Source: Octopus sinensis
Taxonomy: Eukaryota
DNA: 64,000 nt
Assembly (NCBI RefSeq): GCF_006345805.1
Contig: NC_042999.1
Span: forward strand, 55,986,001-56,050,000
Direction of reading: 5' to 3'
The translations under genes were made by a program, and so were the position numbers. Every line of letters starts with the position of its first letter. The stretch's first letter is position 1. The notes under the pieces were generated by a model, which searched no databases, was not told the origin of the DNA, and was given only the letters and a program-made list of their open reading frames with translations. Positions 1-64,000 of the stretch are shown in pieces.

Positions 1-379
1 CAGGAAATAAACCAGGCATTTGATCACCTTATCAGAGAAACATACAAGCCAGACAGACCTTATTGTCACACCAGAAAACAGACTAGAAAGATAGTTGCAA
101 ATACTAAGTCTTTCCCCAGTGAAGAATATACCTCTCAACATAAGCTAACTAATGACTTCAGAATAAGAGCTAAATGAAATGAAAGACAAAAGACATTCTA
201 GAAAAGGAATATGTGGAAACTAAAACATCGTTCTGTTAAATATGTTTGAAGTGATTCTAGATGACATAATGAAAAAGAGGGAAATACAAATAAAAAACCT
301 ATAACACAAGGGACAATATGTTTTTACTGCTGAAAGTTAGCAACCAGTTCTACAACTTTAGCAAGACACCAGCTAAACA

Positions 380-2139
380 GAAGGCAACATGGTAGTGGAA
401 TAGCAATGTAAATAGAGCCATAAAAGCTAAAAGACAGGTATGGAATGATCGGAAGAGAAGGAGGAGCAGCAAAGAAGTATGTCATGTAGCTAAGAGAGAA
501 GCCATGCAACAACTGTGTGGGAATTGAGAAGATCACCAATGTTCTGTAATGTGAAGATCAAAAGTAGGTGTTCTGGATAGCAAAGTAGTGTAAAAGAGTA
601 AATGAAGCTGTTGGGAGAAAATGTGAAATGACACCTGACCATTACCTACAGCTAAGAAGAAAAGATCTTGGAAATGTTATTACAGGAGGATGTTGAATGT
701 GGAAAAGGTGTAGGAAGAACTGGAACTATCCAGCATACACTTAAATAGAAGAATCAGTTAAGGATAAATAAAGCAGGAATAAAGATGAAATGCTGAGAAA
801 ATGTGACAAAGTAGGGCTCAAGTTAATCACTCATACAGTCTATCTCTAGGTGTCACACTGTATAATTGAATGGCAGTATAATCATCAACAGCTACAAAAG
901 CAAAGGAGATACTTTAGAAAGACATAATAGAAGTACAAAAATGATTGGCCAAGTTATGAAAGCAACAGATAAAATACTAGCACAATTGATTAGAAAGAGA
1001 ATCAGCTTAGGTGAAACACACTTCAGATTTGTGTCAGGTTGGGGTACTGCTGATACTCTCTTCATGAAGAAAACAAGAGAAATTTTTAGCTAAGGATAAG
1101 CTCTACCTAGCATCTGTTGATTGACAGGTTACACTGTGAATCTAAGAAAACTAAGTTTGTGAGAGAAGCATAAGCCATGTAGAGAGGTGGAGTTAGAAAA
1201 AAAAGAGTTGGCAATGAGCTCTGTGAGCTGTCCAGAGCAACTCCTATATGCTGATGACCTAGTCCTAATAACAGAGTTTCCAGAAGACTTAGAGAAGAAA
1301 TTCCAGATGTGGAAACAAAACCTAGAATCAAGATGACTTGGCATAAACAAGGTAAAATTAAATTGTCAAGAAGGATAAAAAACAAAGCAGAATTCTGCCA
1401 TCAGCAGACAAATGGTGGGCTCAGTATGCAAAACATGAGTATGTAGGAACTCCATAAAGTACAGTGTAGGTGCATAAGAAGTATACTGAGATCACAATCA
1501 GGCAAGAAATGAACAAAGACTATGTGACAGATGTATCAGACACTAGCAAAATAAAATGTTTTGATGGTTCCATAGGAGCAGTTGATAGTGTCTATTAATT
1601 AAGCAACCTAATCAGCTAGGGAGGAGGGTTCTCTGAAAGCACAGTAACAAAAATGAGAATATGGTGGAAAAAGTTCAAGAACATCACTTCTGTCATTAAC
1701 AGAGGGATTCTCTCTTCAAGTGAAGAGTAGACAGTATGTTGCTTTTGTAAGAAGTGCAATGTTATATGTTAGTGAAATGTAGGCATTGAGTGCAGAGGTT
1801 GAGAGAAGGCTGGAGAGAAATGAAGCAAGTGTATGCCCCATTGTATGTTAAATGTAGTGAGCATGGGAGACATAGTATAGATGAAATGAGTGAAAAACAA
1901 GGTATAAATGGAATCAGATATAGTTGCTAAAGAGACAACTGCATTAGTACGGACATGTAATGCATAAAGATGCATTAGTAAGGAGCTAGTATATAGGAAA
2001 CTTTAGGAGAGGAAGACCGTGGAAGACGAGGGCACAAGTGGTAAAAGCTATCTCAGAACATTGAACTTTACAAAGGAGATGACAAAGGAACACAACAAAA
2101 TGTCAAGCATGGAAAAGCAGACTTAAAAACAATGATGAT
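380..2139 (+). mobile_element. Heavily decayed RTE-clade LINE (ORF2 remnant to 3' tail)
   Basis: Fragments translate like the better copy at 15756-18256 (YKSKGDTLER..QVMKATDKILAQLIRKRISL; LLYADDLVL; GRPWKT); ends gcagacttaaaaacaatgatgat tail; many stops and frameshifts. Confidence 0.7.
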
Positions 2140-3411
2140 AACACACACACACACACACATTGCTTATTTTCATATTTTAAACACTCTTACTAATCACTTG
2201 TTTCTACTAATTACATGGACAATCTTAATTCATCATAGTCTTTCAACTCACTATATGACATATGTAAACCTGTACCATATATGTAAAATTGCTTAACAGA
2301 ATGCTCCTCTGATGTATTTTCCTCAATCATATTGTAGTTATACATAGAGAGCATCACTATATTCGCTCTATTTTTATACTGAGCACTTCTAAATCTTGCC
2401 GTCTTAATAGAATATTCTCTGTTGTGGACCAACTGAGACTTGAAAATGTCAGTTGCATTCACTAGTTGGCTCTAAAGACAATCTATTATAGTTTTTATTG
2501 TACGCATTTTCAAAAAATTTTGATTCATTGATTCAAATTTTAAACACCCCCTAAAGGGAGGTAGAGTTCACTGATTGCATGAAAAATCTCAATGCTTTTG
2601 AATTCATTTTATTGCATATGTGAGACCTCCATACACATGCACTATTATACAGGACATAATAAGTTAAACAGTGTTTCATTTTAGTATAACTACACAAAGC
2701 AGTGAGAATCAAATGTTTATCTTGAGCTTGACTGCTCCATGTACTTATACACACTAAGAGAATGGCTTGATGTGTTTTATAATACAAAGTCTACCAAGAA
2801 AGATCTTCCACCAAGACAAAACTCCACAGTGAATGTCTTTCAGGTTCTTATTTACAGAAAAGTGTTAAAAATAAATGCACATAATGTTATACCTGAATAT
2901 AAATAAACTAAGGGACAATAACTTCATTATTTCTGACTATTCTGTTTTAATAATATAGTCACATGCAGAAATACAGTCCCATTCAAGTAAACAAGTGTAT
3001 ACACATTACAGTCAGTAATTTGCTGAACTATATAAATTACTGTTGAATTGCACTGCATCCTCTCCATATATCATAGGCTGTTTTATTTTCATCAAACGAG
3101 AATCATACATGTATATATGCATGTGCGCGCACACACACACACACACACTTACAATATATTTAAGAATGGAAACTGTCCACATTAATAAGCATCAAAGTAA
3201 CAAGTACATATCACCAGACAGAGACCACTAATTATGTTCTTATATATCCATAAATATAATATAAACATTACTAAATGCACATAGAGAATTAGGCTTATTA
3301 GAATATACAGATGTGCATACACACACATACATACAACATATGACAAATAAGTACCTTTAAAAAAATCATGAATCCAGTGAGAGTGTATAAATGTATACGT
3401 GTATGTATGTA

Positions 3412-3461
<50 letters not shown>

Positions 3462-5399
3462 TACACACACACACATATTAAAAAACAAAACACAAAGTTA
3501 AATCTTAAACACTTTCTTATTTCAAAAACTCATGTTGAATTCCTTCAGCCATTTATATTTATGAATACAGTTTAAACAAATATTTTCATAATCATGGTGC
3601 TTAGATTGCAAAAGTTCATCAGGGGTTAGAATGATTATTTAAGGTTAATTTCTGTTAGTTACTTAAACTAACACAACAGTATTTTTACTATTTTCAAGGA
3701 ATAACTTCTTGCTATTAAATCACTTACTTGACTTCATTTAGCTACATTTTTAACCCTTATTATTTTGAAAACAAGTCTTAATGGTAGAATAACAAAAACA
3801 GGTTGTTACATATGTTATTCTTTATAAATCATTACAGATGTTTTCTCAAGATATTTTAGACCATATGAGAAAATGTGAAAACATCAAATGTAATTAACAT
3901 ATTTTTTTATAGTTTCCATTACTAAAAATATAAATTAAGGAGGAAACTAAGAATGAGGTACAATATTTATCTACTTGTTAATTTCATCAGCAATTTGAAA
4001 ATGTCAATAAATGTTTCATTATTTTATTTATAGGTATTAATAGTTTTCAACTTATTGTAATAAATGATACACAGAACATGTTATATTGTTGAGGGTTTTT
4101 TTTTTCTGTATGAATTCACAGATTTAGTTAAAATTTTAAGAGAAGTGCTGTATTAAACTATTATTATCAGAAGCAATTAATCCTCACAGGATTGTTTCAA
4201 TGAGTGCAAATTGTACCAGACTGATTTTGCTTTTTATCCCTCTGAAGTCATCGTCTGAGTGAGTGCTTAATAATTAATACTGACAACAGTTTCTGATTAT
4301 CACTTTAACAACTGTTAATATATTTTAAAATTTGTTTTTTTTTTTTTTATGTCTCCAACACTTTCCCTTCAGTACTTGCCTCCATTTTTAACAACAACCA
4401 ACACAGTCTTATGTAAATAACCGTTTTCTCTCATTTGTAACTTTACATACAGAGGTGTTATTTACACACAACTTAGACCTACACATCTTCTCTATGAGCA
4501 GAGTCGTAAAAAAAAAAAACACCATCATCCAGTGAGCACATAAAAACGTAACCGCCTTCAATATCATCAAGACACAATTTCAAAACATACCAAGGGATAA
4601 TCTAACACTACAACCTCCATATATATGAGTACACAACTAAATCCTTCAAAATCACTACAAATTCTAAGCCTCACATTTTTTTAAGAATCTTTGACAGCGA
4701 CCTCAAATATGTAACATAATCAAACCTGCACCCAAAATACCAAGCTTCCTGTTCAGAATCAGAAAATACTTCTACCTAGATTAGTAACTGGTTTTCCACA
4801 AAATTCAAATATAATACTCATTATACAACTGTTGCTATAAACACTAACATGTATAAAAAAAGGCCATTCAGCAATTTGGCAAAGTCTTATTCACCAACAC
4901 ACTACAATCAGTGGCTCATATTGGCTGTTTCTTGTCTCAGCTTCATTTACCATAACACAATGGATCCAGGCCCACTTAACTCATTTGTCTTCCACTTGTC
5001 AAATCTAGTGTCCCATTGTCCAGAGCCCACATTACACAGTTTGTACAAATATTCCTGTAATTGCAGCCTTTAGAAAAAAAATTATGTGGTTGTTGAAACT
5101 AAGTATTAACAGATCAATCTTCTAATCACAGCAAGTAAAACAAAGAAAACTAATACCTAAAAAAAGGTTTCTCTAAAAATCAATTCCAGAAATCCAAAAT
5201 AGTACAGCCAATGGAACATAAAAACTTATGAAACCTCAGCCTACCTGATTTCATGCCATAATTCATTAATAATTTAAGCATAAGAAATTATTAAAAATAT
5301 GAGAATAAATAATGAATACCTTAAAAAATGAAAATCAGCAAAAAATATTTCGTTGTTAATGAAATGCATAATTGAAATATTAAATACTGGAGCACACAG

Positions 5400-6130
5400 A
5401 CAAGTGAAGAAGTTCACAGAAGAGGAAACTCATCATTGAAGACAAAATCATGCAGTTATAGACCATCAACTGTGACCACTGACACAAATTGTCAAAAAAT
5501 AGCCAAATTGATTTGCATGGACATACAAGTCACAACTGGACAATAATCACAATGCATTATGAAAGATTGTGGAAGACTTTCAATATCAAGAAGTGTGTGC
5601 AAATTTGATACCTCAGAAATTGACACTTGATTTGAAGGAGGGATGTGAGAAAGTCTATTATGATCTGCTGGAAGCTTTTCTGATACATGACTGCACCGTG
5701 AACAGAAAGCAGCACAGTGAGACACTCTTAAAGCATAAAGAAGCCATGAGAAGAAAGAGAATAAACGATAATCTGAAAATGATCTACATTCACATTGACA
5801 AATTCCAACCATATATCTTTGGTAACAAATCAGAAAACCAGCAAATTGGGTTGGTCAAAAGTCTCCAGTGATCTGATGCCCTCCTACTTTCACCTGTCTG
5901 GTCAAATAAGGGCAATCTTCAGAGACAATGATTTGATGACACAGATGTGGTGAAAGTATCTGAAGAAGCAGATACAACAGTGCACACCTGAACTTTTTTG
6001 AAGAGGATTCAAAGAATCAGATTCAATGATGGTACAGATGCATCACTATTGATGGAGGCTATGTTGAATTAGTACCTTAGTATAGAAGAAGATCACTCTA
6101 TCAATGTGCGATTTGAATGACTTATGTCAG
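5400..6130 (+). mobile_element. Old mariner-like transposase remnant
   Basis: QEVCANLIPQKLTLDLKE resembles mariner KVCARWVPxxLT; SYFHLSGQI resembles SDFHLFGPL; no clear TIRs. Confidence 0.45.
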
Positions 6131-7057
6131 TAAAAATGGTGTACCCACTTGTGCATTAATTTTGCTAGAACCCTCTAATATAAATGCTGAATAACATATA
6201 CATTAAATGTCAATGTCTAATATATTTTTAACAATAATGTATCTATTCATTCTCAATACATTCTGGCAAATTTGAATGTGAATATCACTAAATATTATTT
6301 TCATCATTGGAGAACATTGTCTCCTTTTAAATGTTGTGTGTTTATAGGGTTCAGCTATGTAAAAAAAAAAAAAATCCCATGTAGCATCCTTATTCTTATT
6401 CATTGATAGTTTTCTGAAGACCAAGAGGAGTAAAATGCAGTAGTTTCAAAACTACAAGTCTAGAAATAAACATAGCTTTCCTATCTGCATTTGAAATGCA
6501 GAGAAATTCATATATCAAAAGTACAAATGTTACTTAAATTTCAATATAAACCTAGAAACATACACTAATGAAATAGTTGTAACACTGTAATTCATTTTAT
6601 CCTAAACATTGTGCTACTAGACACAGCTATATGCACAAACCTTCCAAATTTCGCAAATGATAACTCATCATTTCAGAGATGATAAAAGCTATTTTTAATC
6701 AAGTGTATCAGAAAAGCAACAGGAAATGCACCTACCCAATACACACACAATCTCTCTCTCTCTCTCACGCACACACACAAAATCTAATTCTGTGACAAAA
6801 TGGAAGTGTAATTACTATATAACAAAACTTATCTATCAAAATATTTATATTTCAATTTCATTAATACAAAGCAATTAAAATGCAGCCTTTTGAAATGAAT
6901 ACATTAATTAAATCAAGAAGAAAAATAAAATAGTAAATAAAATGTATTTCTAATAGATAAACAAAATCAATTACACAGACTATAGAAAAGACCAGATTAA
7001 TAAGCTCACTGTAGGCAACAAAAGATAAAATGTTAATTGCAAATAAATGTAACCTAC

Positions 7058-61149
<54,092 letters not shown>

Positions 61150-61244
61150 CTGAAAAACAAAGTTATAAAAATGTTAAATAATTATTACAAATTGCACTAA
61201 AACTTACTCTCTTTTTCTCACACACATACAAATACATGTAGGTG

Positions 61245-61640
61245 CAGGCATGACTGTGTGGTTAAGAAGTTTGTTTCACAAGAATGTGGTTTCAGATTCA
61301 GTTGTACTGAGCAGTAATAGGTTTGGCAATTGCCTTATAAATGGAATTAGTAGATGGAAACTGTATGGAAACTATTGTGTATACATGTACGTGCACATGT
61401 AAGTATATACTTATATTCTGTGTTGTCTTCACATTAAATCACTGAAGTAAAAAAGCAGTGACTTTACATTGACAATTCCCTGCAACAAGTTGCCTCATAG
61501 CACAGCACTTTCAAAAGACAAACGGAATAAAAACAGGAAATGGTTAATGATAGGAAGAATGTCCAGCAGTAAAACAATGCCTTAATAATGTATTCAGACA
61601 ACCTACACTAGCACGGTAAAAAAAAAAAAAGACGCTGAAT
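61245..61640 (+). mobile_element. Decayed tRNA-derived SINE
   Basis: gcaggcatgactgtgtggttaagaagtttg head; ggatttagtagatggaaactg-like core. Confidence 0.6.
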
Positions 61641-61702
61641 GACCAAAATTCTCTTCCTTTATTTTTCTGTGTGTATATGTGTGTGTGTGTGTGTATATAC
61701 AT

Positions 61703-61733
<31 letters not shown>

Positions 61734-61959
61734 CACATATATAAACTTCCTTTTTTAATAGAATTGTATTAATGACTTAGTACCATCAGATTTATTGCAG
61801 GAGTAAAACACATTTTTTAACCAGGGACTGAAGTATGAAAGACACTCTACAATTAATTTTTTTACAAAACGTGTCATTTGTACTTCAATACCAAGTTGAA
61901 TAAATGCAAACAGGGATGGGATGGTGAGTCTAGGATATTGATATAATTCTGATAAAAAA

Positions 61960-62250
61960 TTATTTATCCAGCCAAGTACTCATACCAAGTACTCTTACTC
62001 CAGCCATTCACAAGGATTGATTTTGGGTATCTCTGAAATATCAGCAACAATGTCTTTTAAAGATACTTTAAAGTAATCCTTGAACCTCTTCCTTTGGTCC
62101 ATAACTGCACTTTTCCCACCACAGTCCTGTATACAGGGACCACTGGGATGTAGTAGTCTGACATGTAACTAACATATCTAGCCTATCTGACAAAAGGCTG
62201 CTCATTCCCACCATCAACATCTTCATGTCCAGTTTTCACTGCTTGACATA
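61960..62250 (-). mobile_element. Decayed RTE/BovB-like LINE 3' fragment
   Basis: Minus strand GKSAVMDQRKRFKDYFKVSLKDI resembles GKRxxGGQxKRYKDxLK. Confidence 0.45.
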
Positions 62251-63135
62251 ATATTTTTAAAGCTTTCTAACAATACACATTTGTTAGTTCCCTTCAGAAT
62301 TTTACCTTTATGTAATATCTTATATACAATTTGAATGTAAAACCATTAATTTCCTTATAGGGATATAGATATAAGAGAAGTTATAGATGTAAATTTAAAT
62401 GTAAAGGGAACATATAATTATTTTGATAAGAGAGGTAACTTATATTTATTTCAACAAAAACAACTGTTTAGAATTCTGAAGGTGAAAGTGTGAGGATAAA
62501 TTTTTGAAAGTTTAGGATTTAAGTTGAAACAAGGAATGAAATTTTAAATGTGTTGCAATAAAATGCTTAAGTTTTGTGATGGATTATAAAACATGATAAA
62601 ATTAAAAACAATTTTTATGAAATGGAGAAAAAAAATTTTTAAACCCTAAAAGATTATTTGTAAATTTACATTACTTTTGAGTCCAAAATTAAAGAAATTT
62701 TAAGCTAATGTAAGAAAGTATATGAATTTTAGGTTAGAAGGTAAAGAGATATGGACTTTTAGGCTTTGGAAGTTACAGCAAAGTGAATATGTGTACAACA
62801 TGCTGGAGAATGAATATGTAAAAGGAAATAATTTAGAAAAGGCAGTGATGGAAGCAATTACAGGTAAAAATACACACAAAGATACAGGTATATATGTAAA
62901 AAAGATATACAAGAATATATATACAAATATATATATATATATATGTGTGTGCGTGTGTGTGTATAACTATCTAAAACTATTCATACGGTCAGTCTAAAAT
63001 GGCTTTTGCGTGGCATATCATCTCACTCAGATAGCACCTAAAAGGGAAATTAGTACTAAAAAATATTTGCACTGAAAACTCATCATTTTATGTCCACTTT
63101 ATGAGCTGTCATATGTTAAATCAGTTCTTGCTTAA

Positions 63136-63356
63136 CCCTTTTGTTACTGTATTCATTTTGAGATGCTCTGTGTTTCTTTCAATTATTTTAAATATAACAA
63201 AGAATTTAGTAAAATAACTTAGTTATCATTAAGCTAGTATTAGGAATATAAATTGCGACTAAGGTTTGGTGGTATATTTTGATGCAAAACTTATGAAAAC
63301 AAGACATTTGTACTACAGAGCCAGAGCCGGTTTTGGCCAGGTTGGTAACGAAAGGG
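63136..63356. mobile_element. piggyBac-type MITE of an unrelated family, 221 bp
   Basis: TTAA|CCCTTTTGTTAC...GTAACGAAAGGG|TTAA. Confidence 0.8.
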
Positions 63357-63724
63357 TTAAGGTTATGAGCCTTGTATGTGTGGCCAAGAGACCTCACTTC
63401 TCTCATCCTTTTTCTTTTTCTGAATGATTTCTACAGGTGATAGCTGGATACTCTTACTAACACCAACCATTTTACATAATATAGAGTAACAAGTGGGTTT
63501 TTTTTTTTTTTTTTTTGCACCAGCACTAGAGAAATTCTCATGTTCTCAACGAAACAAATCTATAAGATCCTCCCAACCCAACGAGGCCTCCACACATCCA
63601 CCAACCAATTTACAGTGTGAACTGGATGCATTTTTTCATGACACCAGCTCTAGGTAGGTAGTTATGTCCTTCTCAAGTCAGTGTTTAAAGGACCTGTCTA
63701 CTCTGAAGTTATTCAGTGTGTGGA

Positions 63725-63826
63725 ATGAATGAATGAATGAATGAATGAATGAAGGAATGAATGAAGGAATGAATGAAGGAAGGAATGAATGAAGGAAGGA
63801 AGGGAGGGAGGGAGGGAGGGAGGAAA
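63725..63826. repeat. Graded tetranucleotide repeat (GAAT)n > (GAAG)n > (GGGA)n
   Basis: Visible directly. Confidence 0.9.
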
Positions 63827-64000
63827 AAGAAGATAGAACTAGAATAGAGTCTCTGACCAAGTTCCATACTCTGTGTCTGATGAGTGCTTTTATGAGCCAT
63901 TCAAGCTATGTACAGAGGTACAGTCAAGAAGGTGTGTTCACAATAATTTTAAAGACAAATTTAGTATACAGTTAGAGAGCCATCAAGGCTCAGTTCACAG

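Noticed and set aside
2211-2472. Minus-strand ORF and possible next KMT2 exon after 7058
   Set aside because: The phase-1 join at the nearest AG gives EPTSECN* and the ORF frame has no usable acceptor; no motif similarity. The next true exon is probably beyond the window's left end.
62300-63000. 91-aa plus-strand ORF (62722-62997) in AT-rich sequence
   Set aside because: Runs into a microsatellite, has no domain and is antisense to the host gene; likely LINE 3' debris
63398-63430. Candidate 33-nt upstream exon (tag|KSFRKRKRMRE|gtgagg), phase-compatible with exon A
   Set aside because: Weak polypyrimidine tract, no recognisable homology, lies between a MITE and SINE debris; needs RNA-seq

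Overview
AT-rich animal genomic DNA, dense in (TA)n/(CA)n microsatellites. The repeat repertoire is most consistent with an octopod cephalopod; this is an impression from the repeat families, not a database result. The whole window lies inside one minus-strand gene. I traced 12 GT-AG exons (61149 down to 7058; 4,099 coding nt, about 1,366 codons, phases consistent throughout). They encode the central low-complexity region of a KMT2C/KMT2D (MLL3/4, trr-like) H3K4 methyltransferase, recognised from short conserved motifs (FDILQYADPEL, EQPLLIQDLLEE, RKAINARARQAKK, DNNPFSE..QQERQR). The PHD/HMG and FYR/SET exons are not in the window. One intron (8565-46339, 37.8 kb) is packed with decayed transposons: RTE and CR1-type LINEs, tRNA-derived SINEs, Tc1, mariner and maT-like DNA transposons, non-autonomous Helitrons and Penelope-like termini with hammerhead-like motifs. 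All long I/Y/M/C/V/H/T ORFs in the ORF track are microsatellite artefacts. I found no tRNA, rRNA or CRISPR features and no convincing new protein-coding system. The best leads are structural: a 560-bp near-perfect intronic hairpin (36843-37402), several hammerhead-like remnants, a direct/inverted ~485-bp repeat cluster, a frame-critical 43-nt exon, and recurrent IxxLL motifs in the KMT2 protein.
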